A stretch of DNA of 58,680 nt from Thermoplasmata archaeon (GCA_041483635.1 JBGPGA010000002.1:1-58680), one strand, 5' to 3'. Shown: positions 1 through 9,106, numbered from the stretch's first letter. The notes: a model not told the origin generated them from the letters alone. Translations and numbers: made by a program.

Positions 1-608
1 CAGTCGCGCCGGACCGGGCAGACGTCGCAGCGCGGATTGCGGGCCTTACACAGATCGCGGCCGTGAGCGATGATCGTGAGGTGCCAGGTCATCCGCATGT
101 TGGGCGGCGTCAAGGCCTCCAGGGCGGCACGCGTGGACTCATAGTCTTCACGGTCGACGAGGTTCCAGCGACGAGCGATTCGCGCGATGTGCGTGTCGAC
201 GGGGAACGTCGGGTGGTTCCCCGCCATGGCCAGGACCACATCCGCGGTTTTCGGGCCAACGCCGGGGAGCGACATCAACGCCTCCCGCGCTTCTCGGGTC
301 GGGAGGGCGAGAACGGGGTCGAGGGAGCCGCCCCAGCGGTCCCTCACCTCGCGTGCACAGGCGCGGATTCGCGGTGCCTTCTGGCGTGCGAGCCCCGCGT
401 GCCAGATTGCCTTCGCGATCGTGGATTCAGGGACCGCTGCGACCGTGTCCGGCGCAATGCGCCCCACGGCCTCCCGCAACGCCTCGAGACCCCGCCGCTC
501 GTTGGCCACGGTCGTGCTCTGCGAAAGGATCGTGGAGACCAGGATCTCGAACGGTGTCATCCCCGAGGCCCAGTCCAGCTGCGGATAGCGTCGCTCGAGC
601 GTCCGCAT
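1..608 (-). CDS. nth: Endonuclease III (Nth), 3' end truncated by window edge
   Basis: Own minus-strand translation; the ORF runs off the window so it is absent from the track. MRTLERRYPQLDWASGMTPFEILVSTILSQSTT...LPGVGPKTADVVL...HGRDLCKARNPRCDVCPVRRD shows the HhH-GPD signature plus the C-terminal Fe-S cysteine cluster. ATG at 608-606; alternative GTG at 635-633. Confidence 0.85.
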   Translation of the reverse strand, partial: MRTLERRYPQLDWASGMTPFEILVSTILSQSTTVANERRGLEALREAVGRIAPDTVAAVPESTIAKAIWHAGLARQKAPRIRACAREVRDRWGGSLDPVLALPTREAREALMSLPGVGPKTADVVLAMAGNHPTFPVDTHIARIARRWNLVDREDYESTRAALEALTPPNMRMTWHLTIIAHGRDLCKARNPRCDVCPVRRD

Positions 609-675
609 CGTCCTCAGGAACGCCGCGCGGTCCACGAGATTGCAACTCGGCCGATGGAGATAAAGGCCGGCGCGT

Positions 676-1518
676 TCAGCCCCCGACAAGAGAGCGCATC
701 ATCGTGATGATGTTCCTCGGCCGCTCCCGCAGGCGGCGAGTGAAGTAGGGCAGCCAGGTCGGGCCGTACGGGATGTACTCCGCAACGGCATGACCCTCGG
801 ACACGAGTTCGGCCTTGAGCGGATCGCGGACGCCCTGGAGCATCGCGAACTCGAACGGGACGTCCGGATGCTCCTTGGCGAGCTCGAGGGCCCGCCCGAT
901 CAACTTCCCGTCGTGGGTCGCGACCGCGAAGTGCCTCCCGGCGGAGAACAGGGTCTCAAGGTGCCGCAGGTACTCCCGATCGATCTCCGGGCGGCGCGTG
1001 AAGGCGACGTCCTCCGTTTCCTTGTAAGCGCCCTTGACGAGCCGGATGCGGGCGCGCAGGGCAAGCAGGCGTGTGAGGTCGTCCTCTGTGCGGCGGAGGT
1101 TCGCCTGGAGGCAGAGCCCGACCTTCTCGTACCGCTTCAGCATGTTCTCGTAGACCCAGATTGTGTCCGCGACGGTCGACGCGGCTTCCATGTCCACCCA
1201 GAACACGTGCCCCCACGCCTTCGTGGCGTCGAGAACCGGGACGATCTGGGAGAGCGCGTATTCCTTGTCGACCAGGATGCCGAACTGGGTCGGCTTGATG
1301 CTCACGTCCGTCCGGACATCGGCCGCACGAAGCTTCGCCACGAGGCGGAGGTACTCCTCCGTCGTGGCTTCCACGGGCGGTTTCTCGTGGTAGTGTTCCC
1401 CGAGATGGTTCACGACACCCTGGATACCGCGACGGTTCGCCTCGAGGGCGACCCGCACGGCATCGTCCATCGTCTCCCCCGCGACCCACTGGCGAGCGAA
1501 TCGAATGAGGAGCTCCAT
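676..1518 (-). CDS. Proline dehydrogenase (monofunctional PRODH family)
   Basis: 280-aa ORF. ARQWVAGET, IKPTQFG, VWVDME and LVKGAY...EYIPYG are typical of PutA-type proline dehydrogenase domains. Confidence 0.8.
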   Translation of the reverse strand: MELLIRFARQWVAGETMDDAVRVALEANRRGIQGVVNHLGEHYHEKPPVEATTEEYLRLVAKLRAADVRTDVSIKPTQFGILVDKEYALSQIVPVLDATKAWGHVFWVDMEAASTVADTIWVYENMLKRYEKVGLCLQANLRRTEDDLTRLLALRARIRLVKGAYKETEDVAFTRRPEIDREYLRHLETLFSAGRHFAVATHDGKLIGRALELAKEHPDVPFEFAMLQGVRDPLKAELVSEGHAVAEYIPYGPTWLPYFTRRLRERPRNIITMMRSLVGG

Positions 1519-1575
1519 GGCCCCGGGGATTTCCCGCCTTCGCTCAAATAGCTTCCGAAAGGAGCCGTCCGAAGG

Positions 1576-2034
1576 TCAGACCGGCTTGCCGCACGAAATG
1601 CAGAACTGAGCCTCTTCGGGGTTCAGCCGTCCGCACGAACGGCAGCGCACCTTCACGTCGCCCGCCTGCATGGCCTCCCGCCCTCGGACCGTGTCCGCCG
1701 AGGCGCCCGTGCCCGCCACGGCGCCGAAGAGGAGAAAGAGCCACCACAATCGGACCATCCACCCGCCGACGCCGGCGAGGACGCCGCCGATGACGAAGAG
1801 CATGATCGCGCCGAAGAATCCGTTGAAGAATCCGGTGATCGAGAAATCGGAGCTCGTGGCGTTCCCGATCGTGCCGCTGATGAACGCGAACATTCCGTAG
1901 AGGATGATCAAGATGCCGACGATCATGAGGACCGCGCCGACGAGGAGGACGGTCACCCCGCCCCAGCCGAAGGGCATGGACGGTGCGTTTCTCCGGTTTC
2001 GGGTCGCGGCGTAGGCGGCGAGGGGCAGGGCCAT
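1576..2034 (-). CDS. Membrane protein with C-terminal zinc ribbon
   Basis: 152-aa ORF with 3-4 hydrophobic helices, ending in CRSCGRLNPEEAQFCISCG (CxxC-x10-CxxC). Confidence 0.6.
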   Translation of the reverse strand: MALPLAAYAATRNRRNAPSMPFGWGGVTVLLVGAVLMIVGILIILYGMFAFISGTIGNATSSDFSITGFFNGFFGAIMLFVIGGVLAGVGGWMVRLWWLFLLFGAVAGTGASADTVRGREAMQAGDVKVRCRSCGRLNPEEAQFCISCGKPV

Positions 2035-2147
2035 GCTGTGCTAGCTCCTGAGGCGTCCCGATTAGGACGTCGTCGTGCGAGGGTCGGTCTGCCTCCTGAT
2101 ATACTTTTCAATGGCGTTCCCACGGTTGGTACTCAGACCCGACGACG

Positions 2148-2555
2148 TCACCGGAGGTCCGGACGGGCCAACACGGTCTCCGCGAAGAGGACGCCCTTCA
2201 CCGTGCGCAGGCGGTCCGCGAGCTCGGCGACCTGCTTCGCATCTCCCTCCACGATAAGGACCTCGAGGCACGCCTCCTCGCTCAGGTGCGTGTGTGCTGT
2301 GGCACGGATCGCGCTCAGGAAGTCGTGCTGACGGTGCAGAATCCGATGCGTGACCATGCCGACGTCGTGGCGGTAGACGATCGTGATCGTGCCCACGACG
2401 TTCCCCCCGGACTCAATCCGGCGCTGGACGAGCCCCTGGCGTATCAGGTCTCGCAACCCTTCGGAACGGCTCGAATACCCCTTCTCTCTGACGAACCGGT
2501 CGAACTCCGCGAGGAGGGGTCCCTCCAGAGAAACGCCGATGCGCTCCACAGCCAT
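2148..2555 (-). CDS. nikR: Nickel-responsive regulator NikR (RHH/CopG N-domain plus metal-binding C-domain)
   Basis: 135 aa. Starts with the ribbon-helix-helix ERIGVSLEGPLLAEFDRFVREKGYSSRSEGLRDLIR. The C-domain carries the conserved His/Cys pattern (VYRHD...HRQHDF...HTHL...CLEV) of NikR. Confidence 0.85.
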   Translation of the reverse strand: MAVERIGVSLEGPLLAEFDRFVREKGYSSRSEGLRDLIRQGLVQRRIESGGNVVGTITIVYRHDVGMVTHRILHRQHDFLSAIRATAHTHLSEEACLEVLIVEGDAKQVAELADRLRTVKGVLFAETVLARPDLR

Positions 2556-2629
2556 GTGCTACCCGTCGTGGACGAAGTGTTACCACCAGATGAATCCTGC
2601 GGGTTTCGCCGCCGGACCCGCGCGCTAAA

Positions 2630-2637
2630 GATTTAAG
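2630..2637 (+). promoter_or_regulatory. TATA-like element (GATTTAAG) for the nickel permease gene
   Basis: AT-rich octamer in the nikR/permease intergenic region, 54 nt before ATG 2684. Implies a leader of about 24 nt. Confidence 0.4.
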
Positions 2638-2645
2638 ATGCAGAA

Positions 2646-2672
2646 GTGTTACTCCTAGAACCGGCGTCATAC
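2646..2672 (+). promoter_or_regulatory. Candidate NikR operator (GTGTTA-N15-TCATAC)
   Basis: Imperfect inverted repeat just downstream of the TATA. Compare the E. coli NikR box GTATGA-N16-TCATAC. Overlaps one copy of the direct repeat GAAGTGTTAC (2574-2583 and 2643-2652). Confidence 0.3.
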
Positions 2673-2683
2673 CGCCTTTTTGC

Positions 2684-3436
2684 ATGTCCGATCCCATCCC
2701 CCTTTGGGTGCTCACCCTCGCGGCCCTTGGTCTGGGCCTTCGCCACGGAGTCGATTACGACCACATCTCCGCTATCTGGGACATCACGAGCAGTCAGAAG
2801 ACGGTCCGAGGCGGCGTAATCCTTGGATGGTTCTACGCCGGCGGCCATGGCACCATCGTGGCGGCCCTCGGCATGGCGGCGGTCCTGATCGGTCTCCGCC
2901 TACCTCCCGGCGTGGACAACGCGATGACCGTCGTCGTCGGGGCCACGTTGATCATCCTCGGCATCTACGTCATCAACATGCTCGTCCGCCATCCGGGCGA
3001 GACGTTCCAGCTCAAGTCGCGATGGGTCTTGATCGCCTCGGGGGTCCTGCATGCGTACGAGCGCGCGGTGCTGCGCCTGACGGGTCGGATCCGGAAGCAG
3101 CGCAAGGTCGATCTCAGGGTGGCCGGACCCGTTTCGGCCTACGTGATCGGCCTCATCCACGGGGTCGGTGGGGAAACGCCGACCCAGATTCTCCTCTTCG
3201 TCATCGCAGGGGGCATCACGGGCGGGCTCGCGGGTGCGATCGTCGTCCTGGCCTTCGTCGCCGGCGTCTTCATCACGAACACGGTCGAGTCGGTTTTGGC
3301 CTCCCTGGGCTACGCCCGAGCCGCCGGGAGCCCCCAGCTGTTCCGCCGGATTGCGGCGGTCGCAGCGATCTTCAGTCTCTTGATCGGTGCGCTGTTCGTG
3401 ATGGGCGGCAGCGGACTCCTTCCTCCCCTGAGCTGA
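2684..3436 (+). CDS. Nickel/cobalt permease-like membrane protein (NiCoT/NicO-like, HX4DH motif)
   Basis: 250 aa, about 6 TM helices. LRHGVDYDHISAI in the first helices resembles the RHA(V/F)DADHI signature of NiCoT transporters. Divergent from nikR. Confidence 0.65.
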   Translation: MSDPIPLWVLTLAALGLGLRHGVDYDHISAIWDITSSQKTVRGGVILGWFYAGGHGTIVAALGMAAVLIGLRLPPGVDNAMTVVVGATLIILGIYVINMLVRHPGETFQLKSRWVLIASGVLHAYERAVLRLTGRIRKQRKVDLRVAGPVSAYVIGLIHGVGGETPTQILLFVIAGGITGGLAGAIVVLAFVAGVFITNTVESVLASLGYARAAGSPQLFRRIAAVAAIFSLLIGALFVMGGSGLLPPLS

Positions 3437-3480
3437 CGACGCTCCGTCCGCATGTGTCGGTCAATTGCCTCTGTGCAAGC

Positions 3481-3488
3481 CCTTAAGT
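3481..3488 (+). promoter_or_regulatory. TATA-like element CCTTAAGT
   Basis: 33 nt upstream of ATG 3514. Confidence 0.45.
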
Positions 3489-3513
3489 TCGACCCTCGAC
3501 CTGAAACCCATCG

Positions 3514-4008
3514 ATGGACTACGCGAAGCAACTTGACCAGGCACGAACTCTCGCGGACCTCTTCGAACTCGTAAAGCGGGGCGTGTCCTCTGTCGTTGGG
3601 CGGACCCGCGCGGGTCTCATGCTCGCCCTGGCCGACCTGGGCAACCATCCCCAGGGGTTCCTCGGCGCTTTCTATCCGATCGCCACGAACGTGATTGTGA
3701 TGAACAAGGTTCCTCTCCTTCGGATTCAAGAGACGAACCCGGAGCTCTACAAGCCCTACGCCTTCTATATTCTTCTCCACGAGTACCTGCATTCCGTCGG
3801 ATTCATCGACGAGCTTCTGTGCCGCGACCGGGCCCGCGCGATTGCGGAATCCCTCTTCGGGCCTAGCCACCTCGTGACCCGAATCTCACAGGACTTCTCC
3901 CAGTTCTTTCCGAACCTCGTGTTTCCAGACGCGGCCTGGCAGCCGCAGGAACTCCGCTTGGAGTTCGTACCGAACTTCGACCGCGGCTCTGCGTCGTACT
4001 TCGCGTGA
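3514..4008 (+). CDS. Hypothetical protein with HExxH motif (possible small zinc metallopeptidase fold)
   Basis: 164-aa ORF with YILLHEYLHSVGF (HExxH). TATA-like CCTTAAGT lies 33 nt upstream of the ATG. GC is somewhat lower than in neighbouring genes. Confidence 0.55.
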   Translation: MDYAKQLDQARTLADLFELVKRGVSSVVGRTRAGLMLALADLGNHPQGFLGAFYPIATNVIVMNKVPLLRIQETNPELYKPYAFYILLHEYLHSVGFIDELLCRDRARAIAESLFGPSHLVTRISQDFSQFFPNLVFPDAAWQPQELRLEFVPNFDRGSASYFA

Positions 4009-4126
4009 GTCGCGTGGGTTTCATCTTCCCGATCGAATAAATATGGATGCAGGATTCCCCTGGACCGGCGCTCTCTCAAACGCAGGGCAGGGCGGGTGAG
4101 AGGCGTGCCGGGGTCGGATCGGGGTC

Positions 4127-5614
4127 CTACCTCTTCGTCCCCTTAGCCTCTCTGGCGATCCGGGGGATCTCCTTCTCGAGACCGAGCTCGCGCGCGACAC
4201 CGCGGCCGTACTCGGGATCGGCGCGATAGAAGTGGCCGATCTGGCGGAGCTGGATTTCGCGGGGGACGCTCTTCATCGCGCGGCCGATGTTGCCGATGAG
4301 GCGTTCTTTCTCCTCCGCGGACATCATTCGGAATAGGTTCCCTGGTTGTGAGTAGTCCTCGTTGCCGACGCGATGGTCGTAACGATCCGCGTCACCCGAG
4401 ATCCGGAGCGGTGGTTCTCTGAGGCTCGGGTCTTGGGTCGGCCCACCAAAGCTGTTGGGCTCGTAGTTCGGCGAGCCTCCACTGTTCCCGTCGAAGCGCA
4501 TGAAGCCGTCGCGGTGGTATGTGTTCACGGGGCTTTGGGCCTTGTTGACCGGGAGCGCGGCGTAGTTGACCCCGATCCGGTAGCGGTGGGCATCGGCGTA
4601 GGAGAGGAGCCGGGCCTGCAACATCTTGTCCGGGGACGCGCCGATCCCAGGGATGAGGTTCGAGGGCTCGAACGCGGCCTGCTCGACCTCGGCGAAGTAG
4701 TTCTCCGGGTTCCGGTTCAGTTCGATGACGCCGACATCGAGCAGCGGGTAGTCTCCGTGGGGCCAGACTTTGGTGAGGTCGAACGGATGGATGTGGTAGC
4801 TCTCGGCCTCCTTTTCGGGCATGATCTGAATCTTGACGCTCCACTTGGGGTACTCCCCGCGCTCGATCGCATCGTGGAGGTCCTGGCGGTGGAGGTCGGG
4901 CGTCTGCCCTGCGATGCGGGCCGCCTCTTCGTCGGTCAGGTTCTTGATTCCCTGCTGGGTCTTGACGTGCCATTTGACCCAGAACCGCTCTCCTTTCACG
5001 TTCCACAGGCTGTACGCGTGCGAGGAGTAGCCGTTCATGTTCCGGTAGGTCGCGGGGATCCCGCGGTCCGAGAACAGGATCGTCACCTGATGGAGGGACT
5101 CGGGCGAGAGCGACCAGAAGTCCCACTGCATCGTGGGATCGCGAAGCCCCGTCTTGGGATCGCGCTTTTGCGAATGAATGAAGTCCTGGAACTTGAGCGG
5201 GTCCCGCACGAAGAAGACTGGGGTGTTATTCCCCACCAGGTCCCAGTTTCCCTCCTCGGTGTAGAACTTCATCGCAAACCCCCGCGGGTCGCGGACGGTG
5301 TCCGCGGAGCCGATCTCTCCCGCCACCGTGGAAAATCGCAGGAAGACGTCACACCGGTTTCCGACCTTCTGGAAGAGCTTCGCCCGAGTGTAGCGGGAGA
5401 GTTCCCGGGTGACGGTGAAGGTTCCCCCGGCACCGGCGCCTTTCGCGTGGACGACGCGTTCGGGGACGCGCTCGCGGTTGAAGTGCGCCATCCGTTCCAT
5501 CAGCTCGTGATCGGCCATCAGCACGGGGCCGCGCGGTCCGGCCGTCAGGCTGTTCTGATTGTCGGCGACGGGAATGCCCGCCGCGGTCGTCATTGTCTTC
5601 TTCTTCTCGACCAT
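4127..5614 (-). CDS. Monofunctional haem catalase
   Basis: [55 protein letters not shown] and [11 protein letters not shown] are classic catalase blocks. Start set at the second ATG (5614, MVEKKK) because the AT-rich TATA (5645-5659) lies only about 20 nt from the first ATG (5635) and GGAAGGGGG precedes 5614. Confidence 0.9.
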   Translation of the reverse strand: MVEKKKTMTTAAGIPVADNQNSLTAGPRGPVLMADHELMERMAHFNRERVPERVVHAKGAGAGGTFTVTRELSRYTRAKLFQKVGNRCDVFLRFSTVAGEIGSADTVRDPRGFAMKFYTEEGNWDLVGNNTPVFFVRDPLKFQDFIHSQKRDPKTGLRDPTMQWDFWSLSPESLHQVTILFSDRGIPATYRNMNGYSSHAYSLWNVKGERFWVKWHVKTQQGIKNLTDEEAARIAGQTPDLHRQDLHDAIERGEYPKWSVKIQIMPEKEAESYHIHPFDLTKVWPHGDYPLLDVGVIELNRNPENYFAEVEQAAFEPSNLIPGIGASPDKMLQARLLSYADAHRYRIGVNYAALPVNKAQSPVNTYHRDGFMRFDGNSGGSPNYEPNSFGGPTQDPSLREPPLRISGDADRYDHRVGNEDYSQPGNLFRMMSAEEKERLIGNIGRAMKSVPREIQLRQIGHFYRADPEYGRGVARELGLEKEIPRIAREAKGTKR

Positions 5615-5890
5615 GGTCCCCCTTCCGTCCCTCATAACGATGGCGAGAATATATCTTTGTTCTTTGGCCTTCCAAGCCTTTGCTCCCAGAGTCTGTCTCC
5701 AGCTCAGCGTGCCGATTGATGTGAGGGAGCCGTCGCGTCAGCGAGGGGCCCGTGGAATGAAGGGTGCCCTGTGCTCGGTGCCCTCGCGGGGCGGCTCTGC
5801 GTACTCCACGCACCCGTCACCATCCGCCGAGGGGAGTGTTCACTTTCGGGGAGACGAAATTCTTACCAATCTGGAAACCCCCGGACAAAT

Positions 5891-5898
5891 GTTTAAAT
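5891..5898 (+). promoter_or_regulatory. TATA-like element GTTTAAAT
   Basis: 33 nt upstream of ATG 5924 (FNR-like gene). Confidence 0.5.
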
Positions 5899-5923
5899 CG
5901 GACCTGAGGGTGCCGAGGTTTGC

Positions 5924-6718
5924 ATGATGCAGGGAACGGCCCCCACCCCCGCCGCGACGCAGGCCAAGCCGGTTCTCAAAGAAGCTCCCCCCAAGTTCCG
6001 CTCGGGGAAGCACACGGCCATCGTGAAAGAGGTTTTCGATATCGCGCCGAAGGCCCCCGAGACCTACCTGATTCGGTTCACCTTCGAGAACGAACCCGTG
6101 TTCGATTTCGAGCCAGGCCAGTTCATCTCCCTCTTCGCGGAGAAGGAGGGCAAGAAGATCTCCCGGCCGTACTCAATCGCATCCTGGCCCGAGAACAAGG
6201 ACTACCTCGAGCTCTGCATCAAGGTGGTCGAGGGCGGGTTCATGTCGAATTCCCTCCACCAGGTGACCCCGGGGACCAAGCTCCAGTCCATCGCACCCCT
6301 CGGACGCTTCGTGCTCCAAGAGCCGCTCCAGTACGACACGGTCTTCGTGGCGACGGGCACGGGGGTCGCGCCCTTCGTCTCCCACCTCGGCCACATCTTC
6401 CTGAACGATCTGGACGACGGCCACGAGATCGACCTCGTCTTCGGGACGCGGTACACGTACGAGCTCATCTATCACGAGCTGTTCCTGAAGTGGGCGAGGG
6501 AACACCCCAACTTCCATTACTACTCGACCGTCTCCCGTCCGGAGACTCCGGACTACAAGGGCCGCGTCGGCTACGTCCAGAAAATCATCCAGAACGATCT
6601 GAAGGACTACGCGAAGAAGCAGGTCCTCATCTGCGGGCTCAACAACATGGTCGAGGACGTGCAGAACCTGTGCAAGCAGCTCGGGTTCGCCCTCGTCCGC
6701 TTCGAGAAGTGGGACTGA
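5924..6718 (+). CDS. FNR-like FAD/NAD(P)-binding oxidoreductase (ferredoxin-NADP reductase family)
   Basis: 264 aa. RPYSIAS (RxYS FAD motif), FVATGTGVAPF (NAD(P) GxGxxP), LICGLNNM. Divergent from the catalase gene. TATA GTTTAAAT lies 33 nt upstream. Confidence 0.8.
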   Translation: MMQGTAPTPAATQAKPVLKEAPPKFRSGKHTAIVKEVFDIAPKAPETYLIRFTFENEPVFDFEPGQFISLFAEKEGKKISRPYSIASWPENKDYLELCIKVVEGGFMSNSLHQVTPGTKLQSIAPLGRFVLQEPLQYDTVFVATGTGVAPFVSHLGHIFLNDLDDGHEIDLVFGTRYTYELIYHELFLKWAREHPNFHYYSTVSRPETPDYKGRVGYVQKIIQNDLKDYAKKQVLICGLNNMVEDVQNLCKQLGFALVRFEKWD

Positions 6719-6722
6719 AGCC

Positions 6723-7028
6723 TCACGACTTCGCGTGGTATCGCACCCTGCCGACAATCAGGTGCCGCGGCACCATGCCGAAGTGGCGGCTGTCGCGGCT
6801 GTGGGCCATGTTGTCGCCTAGGACGAAGAAACCAGCCGTCGCGTCGCCGGACATGATCCGCTTGACGAGGAACTGGCCGGTCGCCTCGGGGTTCCGGAGC
6901 ACAACGATTTCTCCGGCCATCGGGTTCCGCGATCGGTACGCCCACCGGTTCACGAGGACGTAGTCGCCGGCCCGGAGCGTCGGCTCCATGCTCTGGTCTT
7001 CGACCCGGAACCGGGCGATGGGGAACAT
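6723..7028 (-). CDS. sodX: S26-family peptidase, NiSOD maturation protease SodX-like
   Basis: 101 aa with SMEPTL (catalytic Ser), VKRI (Lys) and GDN..SRDSR blocks of signal-peptidase-I-type enzymes but no membrane anchor. Lies 12 nt downstream of sodN on the same strand. Confidence 0.75.
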   Translation of the reverse strand: MFPIARFRVEDQSMEPTLRAGDYVLVNRWAYRSRNPMAGEIVVLRNPEATGQFLVKRIMSGDATAGFFVLGDNMAHSRDSRHFGMVPRHLIVGRVRYHAKS

Positions 7029-7040
7029 CCGGAAGGGAGG

Positions 7041-7562
7041 TCACCCGAGCTTCGGGTAGACCGTCTCGCGGGCCGTCGGGTAGGGGGCCTTCGCCTTGAA
7101 TGTGGCAATGCCCTTCGTCTTCCAGAACGCCTCCGCGATCTCGTTGGCGAGCTTGAGCATGTCCTCGGCCGCGGCGAGGTTGATCTCCTGGCGTCCCTTG
7201 CTCCCCGCCTTCAGCGCCTTCCACACGGTGTCGTGGAGCGTCGGGAACTGCTGGACGTGCTCCGGCTTGAAATAGTCGCCGTACAGGATGCGGACTTCCT
7301 GCTTGTAGATCTCCGCGTGCTGCTCCTTCGTGGCGATGTAGCGGGCGAGCTTGTTGTGGTACTCGTGCTTCTGCTCCGGGGTCGCGTTCGCGCCCGGCTT
7401 CTCGAGCTGGCCGACCAGGTCGACCATGCGGATGACCGTGTGCGCCGCAAGCTGGGCGTGGTGCGGGTCGTAGATGCCGCAGGGGATGTCGCAGTGCGCA
7501 TAGGCGACCGGGGCCGGGTGGACCCGGTCGAGGGCTCGGAGTAGCTTGTGTGCGAGGGACAT
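7041..7562 (-). CDS. sodN: Nickel superoxide dismutase precursor
   Basis: A 22-aa leader is followed by HCDIPCGIYDP (Ni-hook HCxxPCGxY). LYGDYFKP and AFWKTKG match Streptomyces SodN blocks. TATA TTTAAATA lies 31 nt upstream. Confidence 0.9.
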   Translation of the reverse strand: MSLAHKLLRALDRVHPAPVAYAHCDIPCGIYDPHHAQLAAHTVIRMVDLVGQLEKPGANATPEQKHEYHNKLARYIATKEQHAEIYKQEVRILYGDYFKPEHVQQFPTLHDTVWKALKAGSKGRQEINLAAAEDMLKLANEIAEAFWKTKGIATFKAKAPYPTARETVYPKLG

Positions 7563-7585
7563 GTTCGCGTCGTAGCCGACCCCCG

Positions 7586-7593
7586 TATTTAAA
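7586..7593 (-). promoter_or_regulatory. TATA-like element TTTAAATA for sodN
   Basis: 31 nt upstream of the sodN ATG (7562) on the minus strand. Confidence 0.5.
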
Positions 7594-7620
7594 CGTGAGG
7601 CGGCCTCCCGGCGCCCTCCC

Positions 7621-8712
7621 TCATTTCGGGTCCGCGGAGGATTCGGAGACCGGCGTGGCGGCGGCCGCGACCCTAGGGAAGTTCCGACGGAATCGCAGCG
7701 CGACGTTCACGAGGCTCATCAGGACGGGCACCTCGATGAGGGGTCCGATCACCGCGGCGAAGGCTTGGCCGGAGGCGATTCCGAAGACTCCGATCGTGGT
7801 TGCGATCGCCAGCTCGAAGTTGTTGCTCGCGGCAGTGAACGACAACGTGGTCGTCTCCTCATAGGAGAACCCGAGGCGCTTGGACAGGGCGAAGGAGAGG
7901 AAGAACATGATCACGAAGTACAGCGCGAGGGGCACGGCGATGCGGAAGACATCCCAGGGCAGGCCGACGATGCTATTCCCGCGAAGGGAGAACATGACGA
8001 CCACGGTGAAGAGCAGGCCGAGGATCGCGGTGGGCGCGAGGCGCTCCATGAAGGTGTGCTCGTACCAGCGCTCCCCCCGCCGCCGCACGAGGATGACCCG
8101 GGTGGCGTACCCGAGGGCGAGGGGGACGCCGAGATAGAACAGGACCGTGCCTGCGACGTCCAGCACGGAGATGGACACGACCTGGGCGGCGGTCAAGCCG
8201 CCGACGATGCCCGAAAGGAACGTGATGAAGAACCAGGCGAGGACGGAGTAGAGGAGCATCTGGAACAGGCTGTTCAGGCCCACGAGGAGGGCTGCGTATT
8301 CCGAGGAGCCCTTGGCCATCGCGTTCCAGACGAGGACCATCGCGATGCACCGCGCAAGGCCGACGATGATTAGGCCGACCCGGTACTGCGGCAGATCCGG
8401 GAGGAAGATCCAGGCTAGCGAGAACATGAGGAAGGGCCCGAGGACCCAGTTCTGGAACAGAGACACGCCCATGAGCCGCTTGTTCGCGGCGAGGCGCGGC
8501 AGGTCGCCGTACCGCACCCGGGCGAGGGGCGGATACATCATCCAGATGAGACCGATGGCGAGTGGGATCGACACGCCCGACCAAGAGATGGAGTTGAGCC
8601 AGCCGGAGAAGCCGGGGACCCAGGCGCCGAGGCCGACGCCGAGGACGATGGCCAGGAGGATCCAAAGGGTCGTCAGCCGGTCAAAGAGGCTGAGGGGCTC
8701 TTCATCGGCCAT
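7621..8712 (-). CDS. acr3: Arsenite efflux transporter Acr3
   Basis: 363 aa, 10 TM. LIWMMYPPLARVRY, GLARCIAMVLVWN and ASNNFELAIA are typical of the ACR3 family. Confidence 0.9.
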   Translation of the reverse strand: MADEEPLSLFDRLTTLWILLAIVLGVGLGAWVPGFSGWLNSISWSGVSIPLAIGLIWMMYPPLARVRYGDLPRLAANKRLMGVSLFQNWVLGPFLMFSLAWIFLPDLPQYRVGLIIVGLARCIAMVLVWNAMAKGSSEYAALLVGLNSLFQMLLYSVLAWFFITFLSGIVGGLTAAQVVSISVLDVAGTVLFYLGVPLALGYATRVILVRRRGERWYEHTFMERLAPTAILGLLFTVVVMFSLRGNSIVGLPWDVFRIAVPLALYFVIMFFLSFALSKRLGFSYEETTTLSFTAASNNFELAIATTIGVFGIASGQAFAAVIGPLIEVPVLMSLVNVALRFRRNFPRVAAAATPVSESSADPK

Positions 8713-9106
8713 GGGTCACCGCCTGCAGCAAGTCCGCGACGCGCCGCTCGATGTCGTCCCGGATGCGCCGGACCTCCTCGAGGGGACGGCCGCTCGGGTC
8801 GGGCAACGCCCAGTCGATCGTGTCTCCGCGGAACGTCGCCGGGCAGACCTCGCCGCGCGCGCAGCCCATCGTGACCACGATGTCCGAGCCCAGGATCTCG
8901 TCCCTCGTGATCGTCCGGGGGACGGTCCCGCTCAAGTCGATTCCGACCTCCCTCATCGCCTCGACCACGACGGGATGCACCCGGGTCGCCGCCCTCGTTC
9001 CCCCGCTGACGATTTCGACGCCAGTGTGAGCCCCTCGCCGAGCGAACGCGGCGGCCATCTGGCTCCGACCTGCGTTCTCGACGCAGACGAAAGCGATCTT
9101 CACCAT
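8702..9106 (-). CDS. arsC: Arsenate reductase, LMW-PTP/thioredoxin-coupled type
   Basis: MVKIAFVCVENAGRSQMA (CX5R P-loop) and downstream Cys residues. Overlaps the acr3 start by 11 nt. Start taken at the internal ATG 9106 (longest ORF starts at 9124). Confidence 0.85.
   Translation of the reverse strand: MVKIAFVCVENAGRSQMAAAFARRGAHTGVEIVSGGTRAATRVHPVVVEAMREVGIDLSGTVPRTITRDEILGSDIVVTMGCARGEVCPATFRGDTIDWALPDPSGRPLEEVRRIRDDIERRVADLLQAVTHGR

Noticed and set aside
4036-4229. AT-rich GAATAAATATGG followed by 60-aa ORF 4047-4229 as a small gene with its own promoter.
   Set aside because: The ORF overlaps the catalase 3' end on the opposite strand and has shadow-ORF composition. The AT-rich patch more likely belongs to the convergent terminator region of the HExxH gene and the catalase gene.
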